Part shown: positions 29,301 to 44,200 of the stretch, in pieces
How the letters are laid out: every line of letters begins with the position of its first letter
Numbering within the stretch: position 1 is the first letter of the stretch
From: Catajapyx aquilonaris
Taxonomy: Eukaryota
Length of the DNA stretch: 64,000 nucleotides
Direction: 5' to 3'
NCBI GenBank assembly: GCA_000934665.2
Contig: KZ538378.1
Coordinates: 1-64,000, forward strand
Translations under genes and position numbers: made by a program
Notes under the pieces: model-generated
The model's database searches: none
Told to the model about the DNA's origin: nothing
What the model saw: the letters and a program-made list of their open reading frames with translations, nothing else

Positions 29301-32300
29301 CTCAATCGAAACTGTATGCGCCGGGTTTTTGCAAGTGACGTTCGTACATAAATCCCAATAGCCCGCGTTTTAAAAGCGGGCTTTTGTATCGTAGCCGGAG
29401 CCGTTTAAAACATTATGCGCCAGTTTGCAAACGACAGCTATATGCACTACATCGCAAATGGACATAGGTTTATGTAATGAGGCGGGAGGGAGGGAGAGGG
29501 AACCAACGCTTTTGTTGTCTTGGTGTAATTACGCCCTGTGACCGTTTTGTAAAATTGTCCACAAACATGCCTCGTTCCGGCGACTTTGAGTGCGTCCTTA
29601 GCCCTGCTGGCGGAAGGCGTAATGCGCTTCAATCATTGAGCACATGCTCCCCTCCTGTAAAACTCTGACTTTTGCTGCTTTTGCCTTATCCTCCAAACTG
29701 TTACTGCGTGATACGACCACCTTCACCATTTTTTAAAAAAAAAATGCGATGTGAAGCTTCGTACAAACCGGATTTGTACAGTATATATCTCACCTGATAT
29801 GGCCGTCGCGTGAGCAGTGCCGGGTTGATACAGTACCACTTGAACTGCGGTCCTTTGCATTGTATGGGGGGGTTTTTCCAACTTCACTGCACGACAGTTT
29901 TATAAACGAAGGATCAGTTCTGCATCCGCGCAATCAACGAATTGCCTTTCCGGCCTGTGGGGACCTGCCCGGATTTCGGCAAAGTAAGAAGGTTCCGGGT
30001 GGGCCCAGAGGAAACCAACGAGTGCTTCTTGTCAAATAGATTCGCTCTCTGCACATGCTTCTGATAAGCCCCGCTGGCCTGGGATTGACTTCATTTTGCA
30101 GCGAGCGGAAGGGGCTTGCATTCGGCGGACAGGTCCAAGTGACTGTTTCCGGGGTCGTAAATAGATATGTTTTGGAGTGGTCAATATTGAATGCGGCGGG
30201 GCAAATATTTAGCGAGGGGTGGCCCCGGCGTGGATCGGCGCTCAAAAATTCCGCATGCCGTGTTTTATTGGGAGTAATTTATACATGTGGAATATTCCGG
30301 TGTCAAGCAGATCACAAATAATGCTGGAATGGATGCGATGCATACTGTAGTTGTCGCAATGATTTACGCTCTCATCTGCGGTATCGCCAGAATCTGTTTA
30401 ATGGCGGCCACGTTTCTCAGGTCGCAAACTAATTATTGTCCTGGACACCGGGCGCATATTTGAAATACCCTGGCTTGCTGGAGAGGGACTGTATAATAAT
30501 ATAAAGAAGTATAAGCAGGCTAATACTTGTGGAACTAAGGGGAGGTCATGTGTCGCAAATTCTCGGTTTTGATAGTCACATTTCAGAGTAAGCGGGATGA
30601 TGTGGATTTGATTTCATGGATTCCGGAGAATTTACTCAGAGTACCAGAGATTTTCCCTATAGTTGCGTTTTGGAATCCGCGGAATTGTTTCATGGGCTAT
30701 TAACCCTCTCTCGAGATCTTAACCGGGCAATGATGACCTAATTTAATGCATGCATTTCGCTAAATGTGAATATATAGCGAGGAACAATCGATATTTGCAT
30801 GCTTTCTGTTTTTGGCTGGGAATTTTTGGGGGAGGCACCGTTTTTCGCTTCCACTGGGAGCTCTGGTTAGTTTGGAAACCGCCGGAAAGTGACATTTTCA
30901 GTCCAGCTGTATTTAGAGCAGCAACTACTAATACAGTTTGTGCGGTCTAGTAATATGTATACAAAGTGTAGGCAGAGAGAGTAGTGTGTGTGTGTACGCG
31001 CGTGCAAGTGCTTTGAGCAGTAACAAGGGCAATATGTTTTTACAGTGTTTCCCGAATCCACTTTTACAATATAGGTTGTGCGGTTTGGTTGGCGAGGCCG
31101 GCAGTCCCCCGGGGCTGTGTCTGCTATTTACTGTTTGCAGTCCGGAAAATAACGTGCTGGTTGACGAAACGGGGCCGCGGATAACTGTCAGGAGGCAAAA
31201 GGCACGGACATATTTAGCGTTGTACTCTTTTGCTTGCTGGGATTAGTTTTTCCCGCGTTTTTTTGTCTGTCCCTCAACGTTGTTTTGTCAAATTGAAGCG
31301 ACTGGCTGAAAAAATAATAATTTTAATTCCCACTTTTTGTCCCCACGTCCCTTCCCAGTCCCCTACCTAGGGACTTGTGAGGTATGAAGTTATAATTCTG
31401 TTTGTGCCCAGTGATGATGCGACTCATATCAGTAAACATTTTACTGCTGCACGATAAATATTTATTAAATTCACGCATTGTGTACAGTTTTTATTGCCTC
31501 TGAAACTCCCTCGGTACTTATGTGACGGTACAAGCTGTGTACACCCCATTAAGATTGTTCAAAACGAACTGATTTAATAAGCTATCCACATTTTAGCATG
31601 ATGTTACTTTTATTACTAGTAGTTACAGTCATATGGAAATTTTATCACCTCAGGTTATATGGAAGCGAGCTTTCATACCCTGAAGAGGTTCTTTTTCCGA
31701 GGTTAGGATTAGAGGAGCCACGTAGAAACAGTTGGAACCGGAGAGCTCAAGCCTAGTAGAAGGGGGGCATTTGGTGTGAAGATTTTATTTGCTGGGAATA
31801 CTGCAGTGATGTTCAGATTGCCAAATGATTGTGCTTAATGTCTTATTGAGAACTAGGCGATCTTAATACCGGAGTATTTGTATTTTTTGATTTGGGGTGA
31901 GTTGAGGAGCGACCCGCCGGAACGTGCGTTAGTGTCCTGGCTTGAAACTCAATCTGGAAGTGGGAAGCGAGATGACTTATAGAGTGGGGATGGGATTAAG
32001 CTTTCTAATTGGGCAGGAGCATGCAGGGCTATGCAGTTGGCTGCCTCCCGCAACTAACTAATACTGGTAATTGGTGGTTGGCGCCGGAGGAGCAGAAGCG
32101 GGCGAGAAAGGATTACCTGCACGACAAGTTGGCCAAGATTCTTGTGGGTAGAGAAGCAGGGAGGTTGGCGAGAGAGAACTTGCACGGTTGGGGCCAGGGC
32201 TGAGACCAACTGTCTTTCTCCCTCCCTCCCTCCCTGTAGCTCCTTCTCCCCCTTGCTCCTCCTTCCCCCACCAATTCAATTACAGTCCGCGGCGGCAATT

Positions 32301-32489
32301 TATTTGACGAGCAGCTCAACTCGATTAGTGTGTTTTTCCTGGCCGGCCTCCTTTTCCAGGGTGGCGCCTCTCCCTGTGTCAATATGGGATTGGCGCCCAG
32401 GCCACTAAAACACGACCTGGCCAACAGTGGTCACTGCTGGCCTCGGGGACATGTCTATACCCGAACACTCTCTCTCCACGGGGGAGACT

Positions 32490-32529
<40 letters not shown>

Positions 32530-32957
32530 TTTTTGGGGAGAAGGGCGGCTCTATTTNTTTTTTGCACCTTGTTGGTTTTGCCCCCAAGGGAGGGGACACG
32601 GAAAAGCCTTTATCTCACCCGGACCGAGCGGAAGACAGGTGCCATTTGAGTGCTGGATTTCTCGCGTGGACTAGGCGGGGGTGCCCCCTTCTGTTTCACC
32701 CAGATGATAGATTAAGTCGGTCAGTGCTGGGTTGGGGGGAAAGCGAGTGGCTTGTGTGGGTTCAATTGCCTGCAAATATTATGATCGCTCTGTGAGGCCG
32801 CACTGTGCGTTTTCAACGTGGCGGAAAAAAATACGTCGCCTTTTCGAAATAAAACGCGATTTAGTTGTTGTCCCCCAATGTACACAAAGGACGCTGTATA
32901 TTCGAACCTTCATATCTTTCTGCGCACAGAAAAAAGGCGCATTACAATGAGAGTAGT

Positions 32958-33265
32958 AATAATAATAATAATAATTGATACCCCATTATCAGCCCTTTGG
33001 GCTTTATTAGGGGGGGATTTTTCCCAATTTTTTGTCTGGAACTCTTTCCATTTTTACTCTACTTTTTCATCGGAATTGAGGCAAGGATAGGTAAGGAAGG
33101 AAGCGGCTGTGGCCTATAATTACGGTAACGACCCCGGAATTATCCTGCGATGACCATGGGAAACCACAGAAAACCATGATCAGGGTCGCCGGCCTCCGGG
33201 ATTCGAACCCAGGACCTCCCGATTCGCAGTCGGACACCATACCACTCCACCACTACTGCTTCGGT
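32958..33265 (-). mobile_element. Full-length tRNA-derived SINE (308 bp) with (ATT)n tail and 17-bp TSD
   Basis: The minus-strand head has box A-like TGGTGGAGTGGT and box B GGTTCGAATCCC (33198-33209). The body reads GGTTTTCTGTGGTTTCCC...GGCCACAGCCGCTTCCTTCC, then a 3' stem-loop and an (ATT)6 tail. The perfect direct repeat ATTACAATGAGAGTAGT lies at 32941-32957 and 33266-33282. Confidence 0.93.
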
Positions 33266-36200
33266 ATTACAATGAGAGTAGTTCATCATAGAAACAGCAG
33301 CCAGGTGCTTTAGTGAACCCAGTGCGATTAAAATTTCATAGGTGTAATGGGTTTCCAGGAATTTGGTTTTCTTTTGTACAGCAAACACAAATAAACTTCG
33401 TTAATAGTCCAGGAATATTTTTAACTACAGGTATTTTTACGTCACGTTTTTTAACACGGATGGTGTCGAGAGCCTACGTTTGAGTGAGTGGCTTTCTGCT
33501 CAGACTGAGTAAGTTTGACTGCTAACGCTCCTTTTAAGTGAAAGGTTTTTATCAGTTGACGCAATCAGTTCTTCAGGTAATTTTAGTTCATTAGAAATTA
33601 TACTCAAATCGCTCGAAGAATTAAATTACTGCGCCCACTTATATTTATTTTTCTCACAGGCATTGGGTGCTTTTTGAAATGGACAAAGGATAGAAATTGT
33701 AATTTGCAGAGCATTGTAGGGTCCACAGTTTGTAGGAATTAGTGTAGCTTAGGTTCAATGATGGAGCTGTTGCGAAAAGTAACGCAGAAAGTAACTGTAC
33801 AATATTAGTGGTGGCGTGGACGTTACATCTGCTGGTATAGTTAGTCGTTGATTATCACCACGTACAGCAGGGATCAGCAGTCGAAAATATTGGCAGACGT
33901 TGCAACTGGGCATGTGCTGTAATACACGTCCAATCATCAGCACTCCCAGCGGCACTTGCCATCGCTGGGGGATTGGGCTACAGGCGTCCTTGTGACCAAT
34001 TGACAGCAATTGAAGTGCCAATTTTGTAGCCTGGAAAGAGAGGCATTTATTTGCGCTGTAATATCAGGCAGGGTATAGGCAATGAAACGTTTTCATTGGC
34101 GCCATTCGTATCAATGAGACCGAAATGAGGCGCCTACCATGTTTTGACACGAGTGTACAGATCCAGTGTTGTTTCTGGAACTGTTCAAGTCTGTCTCGGT
34201 TTGCGCGAATTGAAATATTCTGCTTTTGAGCGTGACACGCCATATCATCACACCAACACTGACTTTGTGTAGAGCTGCACAAGCCTCTTGCCCTGTACAG
34301 TTCAGGACACGCATGAAGTGTTTTCCAGTACAAATACTTTTATGGCATGAAAGGAGGAAGACACAGCAAAAGAGAGCCCACACATGGTGGGTGCTCTGGT
34401 GTAAAGGCATGAATGGGGAGCGAAAGTCTGAACCTTCACGTTAGAGCAGACGTAAGCGGCTAAGGGCCCTTTTGGACACGTACTTATCACGCTATTGGTC
34501 CGTTTTCAAGGGGGACAATAGCTGGGGACTATACCTGTGCAGATGCAACGAGGCAGGGAGTAGGGTGGGGGTAGGGGGAGTGAATCTCCCGCTTTTAATG
34601 GCCGTAGTGTTTGAAACCAGCTCTCAACTCTTTTACAACGTCGTGGAAGCGCCGATGTGGCAGGAGCCATTGGGGGAACCCACATAAAGCACGCAGGCTT
34701 TTCGGAGATAACCGTCGCATTTCCCCCGGTTCCTTCCTGCCCAAATAACACTCGGGGGTTCCCGGAGACATATTGTGTGCAAATTAACGATTCCCGGTCC
34801 CCCTGGAGCCTGCGACTGATTGAATTGATTGATCCATGGGCGGAAATGGGGAGAAGATGGCGGACACTGCTTTTTTGTTTTGTTTTTGCCCGCTTCTCTT
34901 TTTTTGTGTGCGTGTGTGTGTGTGTTTTTTTTTGAAGGTGAGGTCCAATTTGCGGCTCGTCCGGTTCGGAATTTCGACGTTTTTGAGGGTGTTGTTGCAA
35001 GAGGGAACCCGAGAGGTTGTTGATTTTTAGCGGTCTGGCGGACCATGTCATCAGCGGTGCCAAGTGAGAGGGACAGGCGTCAATGTTTGGGCGGCATTGC
35101 GGCTTCCCCGGCGAGATTGCCTAACTCTAGCAGTGCTCTGGGACTGATTTATGGCTTCCACAAACTCTACCCCTCATCTCCACACCTCTCTCTGCCGTCA
35201 CACCCTGTACTCACTCTCACACCCGGTTTCCAGGCTTCCAGGCTTTTTAATCGTTTTCGGAATGGGCGTGGCGACTTTTGTGTGCCGGTTCACGTTGGAA
35301 ATGTACTCCCGGGGACAATGTCAGATTATTAGCACTTGAGCATCGGTTTTATTCGGGGGGCAAGTGGGGGTGCCAAATCACTTTCGTCCAAACGAACCGG
35401 AGATTTTTTTAAAAGTTTTTTTTTTCCCTCTTTCACGATGGGGATGCTGTAAATATCTGATTAGGAGCCAACCGTTGTCGTGTTGATTTTACGCCTTTTT
35501 TTTTTGGTATCCGGCCTCATGCCGTGGCACGAACTTCCACTGAAATCTACATAGCCCTGGGGAAAAAAATGTGTTATGGACACCCCCTGTTATTTAAATA
35601 TGGTTTCAAAAGTGACTCCAGTTTGGTGAATGTTAACCGCAGATTTCGTCTCATTCCGTGACGTCATGAAGCGAAACCATTGCTTTTTAAAATCTCCTTC
35701 ATGCTCTGGCTTGGCTGTAGCTCTCGGCCCTTTACTGAAACCGAAGGACAGTTTTCTTTTTGTATTTCCGTCAACCCACGCTTATTATTTGAGATATAGT
35801 TGCATTTCTCAGAAAAGAGTCGTCATTGTTTCATGCACGTCCTTTGTGATTCGCACGAAATGGTTGTCTGCCAACAAGGACTTCTGTTTCAGTAAACAAC
35901 TCGACCTGTTTTTCTTCTTCTTCGACATCTATACGCCGTGTATAAAAATGGAAACAATGGACCGGAGGCGAGTCCATCTCGGTCCAGAAAATGGAGGCCA
36001 TTGTTCTGATACGATGCAGATACCCTCTTGGGCTAACAACAATTCCGGTCCATTTGCCGCTGCCCCCTAACTGTTAAGAGTGCCCCCTCCTCCACGGTAT
36101 ATTGGATTACTATTCTTCGGCACCTTATGTCCAGCCGAGTCAAACTGCCTTCCAACCCATTGTTTCTATTCCCACCCACACAACCACCTTGGTAACCCAG

Positions 36201-37256
36201 CACATTCTCTCGGCACTTCTTTTGTGGCGCCCAACACAAAGGACGGCTTTCATTAGACAAGAGTTGCCCTTTTGTTAGCATCCGCGACTGAAAATGATCC
36301 GTGTCACGGCCTTCATACACACATAGTCTCATTCAGCCTCCAGGGGGAAGATGCTTTCCAAGTGCGGCCCCCGTAAGAGCGGGGGTGGAAATGTAAATGC
36401 AAAAGGTGGCCTTTTGGGACCGGGCGGCCACCTTAGCAGCCCCTCTTGGCTGCCATTGCCGAGGCACTCACAACAATAGCCCAGGCCCCAAGCACCGGCA
36501 ACTACTTTCTTTGATTGGGATGGGGGGAAGAGGAGGAGTAGAGGGAGAGGGCAAAGGGAGTGTAAAAATGCAACCGGATGTCTACCAAGACCACTTACGT
36601 GCACTTTCATTCGGGCGCCCAATGACCTCGGCTGGTCATGTATACGGAAATTGGTGAGGGCAAACCTCTTGGCCAAATTTGGCTGAGAAAACCCACCCTC
36701 CGACCAAAAGAAGAAGAAGAAACGTCTGGAAACGCATCTTGGTGGTCATTTTCTTCCAGCACTAGCTTTAACGGAGGTAAAACTGACACGTTGAGCATAG
36801 ATAACACATTACAGGAGGGCAGTGACCTATGTGTCGTATAACATACGTGACATGAACTGTAATATTTTGGCATTATTAAATTTCGTACCTCCTGTCATAT
36901 AAAAACTTACTACCACATTTACAGGGAATGGCACGATCCTTATGTATTGTGACGTAAAAAAAAATCTGGAAATTTTGCTTGGAACTCGCTGTAACGCAAT
37001 ATTATTTTATCGATATTTTCCAGCTTTTGGAATAAACCGTGAACCATTTTATCCAATGGTGGTGTACCAGGTCCTGGTAATTTTGTTATTTTGTTGCGAA
37101 TTTAATATGCACAAAAAAAAAGTTCTGGTATTTCACAGGGGCTTTGGTCAGTTGAATATTGCGTGAATAGAATAACAACAATTAAATTAAAAACCACCTA
37201 TTCCGAGCCTTGGGTATCAGAGTGCGTTTTAAAGCAGGGGAAAAGTGCCGAACTGA

Positions 37257-37433
<177 letters not shown>

Positions 37434-38205
37434 TAAGTTTCATGTCGTTGGAAGACAGGAGAAGGGCAATTAATTATCTCGGCCAAGGGATTTAATCTGG
37501 AAGGCCCAGGCAGGATTTGCAAAGTTGTCATATACTATACTGTATGCTCGAGAGGGCGATTTTTTTGAGGAGGGGGGTATTCCGGGAACTGTCCGAACTG
37601 GGCTGTCCAGTCGGTTGTTATCGGATAGTTCCCGGAAACATTTTGTTTGCAATTTTTCCTTTCCAAGAACTGCAGAGTGGGTTGCGCTGTTGCTGTGGGC
37701 AATTTATAATTTACTGTACTGCTATACCGTTCCAGATGTAACCTACTGTACATGAGAGCTCCGTTTTTGGTTTTTGGTTTTTTTCAGAAAGCGAAAAACC
37801 TTAAGTTGTGAATATTTTTATTAGCTGGCAATTGTGAACTCGTGTGAATATTTGAGAAATGATAAGTTGCAACTGATGTGCAGGTAGGTGAGACTTCGTG
37901 CCGCCTTTATCTGAGCCGATAGCATCTTGTGATTGCCTTCCAGGAATGAATTCTTTTTTTCCCCCCCTTGTATGATGTCTAAAAAAAAGTCCCTCTAGGA
38001 ATCCGGGAAAATCGCTCCTCATTTTGACGAAGTTGGTCAACAAAATTGGAGATTGCGACAGCAGCAGAGAGGGAGAAAAAGTTTTAAGAGTTGTTTCGAC
38101 CTTTCTGTAATAACTCACATCCGTCCAATCAAAGGGAGATTGCATCACAGCAAATTCATCCGCTCCTCATATATTCCGGGAACTCTGGAAGTATAGGAAA
38201 CACGA

Positions 38206-38245
<40 letters not shown>

Positions 38246-41200
38246 CCCCCTATGAATTTATAGCCACGTAGTCTGATCGTAATTGGGATTTACAGTGATC
38301 TGACTGGCTATTTGGGTAGGCTTGAAATAGGCCCCTGGGAAGCTCACGTATATAGCCAGACGGGAAGAATACAGTGCCGGGCAGGCAGGCCTTGTGTTGT
38401 AGGGTGCGACGAGAAAGAAAAAGACTTTCCACGTCGATGCGTGGCATTATGGAAGGGTGGTCGTTGAGCCGACAAAATCGCCGGGAGTTGGGAAGCCGAC
38501 CGCGATAACGCGAAAACTTTATTTAATGCACATATTAACTGACCATCAGCCGGATCGCATCAGCCTTTCCGTCTAGCGCTGCATTCATCGGATAGGCTGA
38601 TTAGAGGCGGCTCCCTGTAGGTGACGCATTGCATTTCGCCTGCGACGTTATCGCAGTTTTTTAACGAGCGAATTTCCAGGGGTTTGAGTATGTAGGTGGC
38701 GGTGTTTTTCTGTCCGTAGCATAGGGTTCACTGTCATCATATGATTTTTTTAAAAAAATATGTGAAATTCTGCTGGTTTTGTTTAAGAAACGGAGTGTAG
38801 ATGGAGTCGCCAGCATGACGGAGGTTTTTTGGCGCGTTATAGTGTTGCTTGTGCGTTGATGCTCGTTGCAGCCGGTGGAATGGATGGTGTCGCGGAGCAA
38901 AGTGAAGGCAGCCATAAGGGGCAATATTGTGAATGGCGAGATGATGCCCTCCCGTTAGCATAAGAAGAAGAAAAAAAAAGGAGGAGGAAGAAGAAGCGCA
39001 AGTAGAAGTGTGGTCCCAGTCTGTCTGGCTCCCACTTGTTGCTGCTCCCATCCTGGTGCAAATGAGAATTTCGGAGTGCTCAATCTCTTTTTCCGCGGAC
39101 TGCGAAATGAGAACGCGGCGTGTCCAGGCTTAAGAGTGGATTCATTACTGCCGCTGCTTCATTAGCGTGGATCAGAGGAATCTATCTCAATCTGCTGCCT
39201 GCAAGAAAGTAATACTGGGCCCCAACTTTCCATAGCAGATGATTATGCAGCCTTCTCCCCTACCTTCTTTTTTTATTATTCTTTCTCCCACTCTCTCTCG
39301 ACAGTCCTTTTTTTATGTGTGGGAGACGGAAACTAATGGAGAAGTGGGGTCGATATAGAGCCAGGGCTGCGTCAATTCGCGAAGTTGCCTTTTCCCCGAG
39401 ATGCTGCATTAACTGGGAGCAATAATTGGGCGATTAGGGTAATGCGGGTCGAGTTGGGCGCCGTCTTGGCTTTGCCTCGTCGCTTCCCATCTTCTTCAGG
39501 ATGGTTCACTTCATTGCGCCCACCCTTTTCCCCAAATCTCCATGTGTCACCATGTCTAGTTTTATCATCCCCTCATGCGGCACATGGGGAGATTGGGGAT
39601 AAAAACACATTGCCCCAAACATTGCCCTCCGAAGTCACTTCAATATATTCTAGCCAGCAGCTGAACAGTTTCGTCCGAAACGTTAGTGTACATGTCGATT
39701 CATTGGGTAAGAGAGTTGTGCCTGACAGATATTCTTGGACTATGAATTTTGTAGGAATGGTACCCCTCAAAAAAATGGCACCGAATGAAGGGTATGGCAG
39801 AGTATATAATGCATGGTTTTATGCAGCATGTGGACAGACCTGGCGACCACAGCACATCGATTCGCGAATTGATGGGTCGCGTGGAAATTAATAAATCAGC
39901 TGGAGAATTTTCATCGCGTTGCTCCACCACGTAGTTATTGCACATGATTTTTCATTAGTCTATCACCGGGTTAATTTAATGTGCGTTAGTGTAATCTGGG
40001 CGGGATATCGACGGTGTTATACAAACGACCAGGTGGATACATTTTAACGGCCTGCCGCGGTTTTGCCGTTAATGTCGGTCCATGTCACGTGATCCGGGGC
40101 CGAATATCACAACTTTGTTGCCTTTTATTTGCCGTTTAGACCCGGTTTTTCTCAACACTTTGCCCAAAAAAAAGGGTCCCCCAATTTGTCGCCTCCAGTG
40201 TATCGGTAGGTCGTGATGAACACCGAGGAAGAGGTTTTTCGTTCTCTTTTGGGGAAGAATCCCCCCCGCCCCCATTCCCGAGATGACAAGGGTAGGCTTA
40301 ATGTTTCACGATTGCAATCATCCGGGATTGGTGGGCAAAAGGGAGGTATTTTGTGCGGCCTTTTTTTTTTTTTGAAGATGGGGAGGAGGAGAACCCCGCA
40401 CTTTTTTCCCCCCTCCTTCTCCCAGCCTGCTCCTTGACTCTTTCCACCCCGGTTCTCTCAGTCACATCCCCGCCATCATTGATTCGGGATAACTTGGAAA
40501 TTCTTCTCGCGCCCCTCCCAAGTTTTAAGATAAACACTGCCGACTGGATGAGGAAGGAGGGAAAGTGGGTGGTGGGTGGTTGGGAAAAGAGAGAAAAAGG
40601 AACGTGGCTTTTTCTCTCCATTGCCGAAATGCGACTCTTAAGACGAGAACCATTTGTCCAATTATGTGCTCTTTTTTCTTGTTGGGGGGGGAAAAAAAAG
40701 CGAGGCACTTCAGTCTTAATCACTGTTTAAGACCTCCCGCGTTAAGACTAATTAAACGCACTCGTAGTCGGCAATTCGGATCATGAAGGCTGACTCTGTG
40801 CCTGAGGCGCAAGTTTTGCAACTATCTTTTCCTCGCAAAATTGATATCTGTTAGTCAGGTGGGGGGACAAAGGGAGTGTATAAGCCTGCGAGGAACATTC
40901 GTAATCCTTTGTTGTGAGGATCAAGGGAGCCCCTTTTGGAAGCAGGATGTGTGGCTTTGATATTGGCTGCGGGGGCCGTGGTGCACAAGTGCAGTTAATT
41001 CATTAAGCAAATCCTATCGAGAACACCTCACAGCCAGACGAGGTCTCCTCAACTGTACCTTCAAGGAGAAGTGGCGCACAATTTCGTTTTCTCCGGGTCC
41101 CTCGTTTTTTTCCCCCCCTCAACCCCCGCCGGAATTTTCTTTCGGGCCGCCGCCTCTTGACGGAGTGGTTTGGTGGGGCTAAGGCAGCCCCTGCCTAATA

Positions 41201-44200
41201 AGCCTCTCCCGTCTTCGTCTTTTCGGCTGACAGCGCTGCAATAAGATGCGGGAGCGTGACGTCACGCTCGACACGGGTTAATTTCGCATCTTCCACCTCC
41301 GTGACATTAGGCCGGCCCCGAGCATATACAGTATACCTATAGAGTGTATACAGTTTCTCGCCATCCATGTGTTGCTGCTGATGCCTCGAGAGCTGGGGAC
41401 GAGTTGTCTCGCTGATGATTGCTTACGACGTGATTTTGTCATGAAAATTTGCACAAAGGAAGTGCGTCATGGGTTGACGTTGCTCGTGGCAACAGCACAC
41501 CGCAAAACTGGGACCATCAAGAAATGCCTGTGTTTTATACCGCTTGAGTGCTGTACGTTCTGCTGAAAATGCGTAAGGCTATCACAAAAAAGCGGCACTC
41601 TGCTTTTATCAATTGCAAGTTTCAACTGTGCAAAAATCTCAGTTGTGCACTCTCACTTTTTTCGCTAAAATTATGCCAATTCTGTGCAGTTGCTGAATTT
41701 GTCGTTTGTCGGATGTGTCTGTGCTATAGAAGCGATTATCGGACGATACAGCTTGATTCCGATACCTTGGGGAACACCCTGTGCTCAAAAGGCGGTGCGA
41801 AGGACCGAGTGAAAAGGCAACAAAAGCACTCTATGGGGGCGATTTAGGTCCGAACGGAGCTATCACAACCATTTGGCCCGCAATAAAATTTTGCAATGTT
41901 TGCCGATTGGGAGGCGACCAATGGCACCGTCCATGTTGACATCGTAAAGTTGATGGCAGACATGGCTGGAGCCCTTCCCTATTTTTTTTCTTCTCTCCGT
42001 TGGTTTTGTATCCAAAAAAATAAATAAAAAAGTTTCCGCATCGTGAGTGTAGCGCCGACTTAATTTGGCAAAAAGGCAGCGATAGACGTGTGTTGCTTTT
42101 TTTTTGGTTTGGCATTTTGCATGTAGGTCATCGGAGGTGGTAATGGGATAGCACGAGAGGGCAAAAGGTGCGTGTTGGTCCGCTGCAGAAATGGCGCCCT
42201 GTTCAATCACAGATGGGTCGGGGATGAGATTTCCCGGGAGACCCTCTGCCGATACGGGGGCAAACACTTTGCCGCGGCTTTCACATCATCATCATAAAGC
42301 TACCAGAGGGGCTTTTCCCACGCACACAATTAGTACTATATTTCATTACAATTCGAGAGGCAAAATTGGGCGGAATTGCCAGCAAAAACAATGATATGGA
42401 CTGGTTCGACTTCAAAAGTATAGGTGGCGTTTCGTGGGTGCTGCCATCTCGAGGCCAATCTTCTGAAACATCGCCTTTTCCCCCGAGGGGGCGGAGACTC
42501 GTCCGCGCGGTTTAAATTCCGAAGTGCAGGTGGCATTTAGCTGTGTTCCCAATGGCGGATGAAATGCCTTTTTCTTCCTTGGGCTGTCTTTGTGCTCTTT
42601 TCCGCCTCCTTTGGCCGAGTTGGCCTCTTCCAAACTCACCTTCGATCGGGCACAAAAGGGCGAAGGAGGGAGGGAGGGGGGGAGGGGGAAAGGGAAGAGA
42701 GGGAGTTTGCCTTTTCTACATTGCTTTTTCTTCCCCGGCGCCCCTGGCAGCCACTTTTATGAGTGCACCTCTTCCCCTGGGACTTCTAAATGATTTTCAA
42801 GGAGGGCCCCCTACCCGAATGAAGACAAAACACGCTCTCCAATTACCATGAAGGCTCCCACGCCCGAAATTAAACGTATAATTTTTTTTATATACAGTGA
42901 AACGTCTCTGAAATTTTGTGGTCACTTTTTTTTCTTTCTGGGTATAAACATGGCGGCGGCTGATTTGTGATTCAGTGCTGGAGAAAACTACGGTCCAAAC
43001 TTGTGTTCTCTTCTAATGAGTGATGATAGAACCGGGGACTGTCTTTGTGTCAGATTTCCATATAAATTTGATCTGAAAAGCGAGAGGAGGAGTCGCCGCC
43101 TTGCTTGTTCGACTGAAGGATGTTCGTCAACATCCATCTCCGGATCCAACTTTGCCTAGGAAACGGAAAAAAAGAGAGAAGAAAGTAAGGAGGGGGGAAA
43201 AAGTCCACGGAGAAAAATCTGGGCAACTTTTTTTTTCCGCCTTGGAGCTTATTTTAAGGTAAAGTAGGAGCGCACGGCATGGGTTTGGGCTCCAGAAGCC
43301 CCCTCTTTTTACTTCATCTTTTTTCCTTCCTTCCCGTCTCCATTTTCAGATTTTTTTCCCCCCTCATCTCCTTTTCTTTTCTAATCTGGCCGGTGAAAAG
43401 TGGGCCTATTGGAAAGGCACAAATTGCGCCTCCAGGTATAGTGATAATGTACAAGTGCGACGCAGGGGTAATTGTGTCGAGTAAGATTAAATTTTTGAGG
43501 GGGGTTCCGAAGAAAGGGCAATGCAGACGGCGCAGAGTCACTCCCCCTGCCAACACGGTTTGCCTTATATACGTATCAAGTTTTCTGTTCTTGGAACCGC
43601 TGCGCTGTATCGTTGTCTGTTTTAATAAGGACTTTCAGGAGGCACCCTGCCGGTAGAGGCAACCAAATTTTGCGGAGTTAATTATTGCGCAGAATGTTGC
43701 CAGGAATTAATGGAATCTGACTTTTATGGCCTTCATCCACCAGCAGTCGATTCGCGCAGAGCGGTGGATTTTTGCCAAATATTTGATTTGCTGTGCTGGC
43801 CAGGTGTCCACTCTAATGCGGATTTGCAGCCATCCATTTTTTACGCACGTTTCTGAAACTACCAGGTAATTGCTCAGATATGTGCGCGACGTTACTTGCT
43901 GATGGTGTTCACGCTTAATGTACTTTTAATAAATACGTATTAAAACTCAAAAGTGTATATCGCTGTGGTATCGATTCGTACATTCGCATCCTCCCTGTTA
44001 ATCAGCCAATCATCCAGCAGGATTCGAATAGTTGGGGCCCCGTCCTCTCTGGCGATTGGCTGGAATTTCTCGCCGATTGCGCGAACCCTGTATGGTAATT
44101 GGTCCATTCAAACGAGGTCACTCTCGTATTCGATTTCTCCTACGAAAAAAGTCGCACAAGCACTGATAGTGACAGTTTTTCATGAAGTACAGAGTCCAGA

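Noticed and set aside
33190..33265. tRNA gene on the minus strand
   Set aside because: It has A/B boxes but no complete cloverleaf or terminator, and it continues into a SINE body bounded by a TSD.
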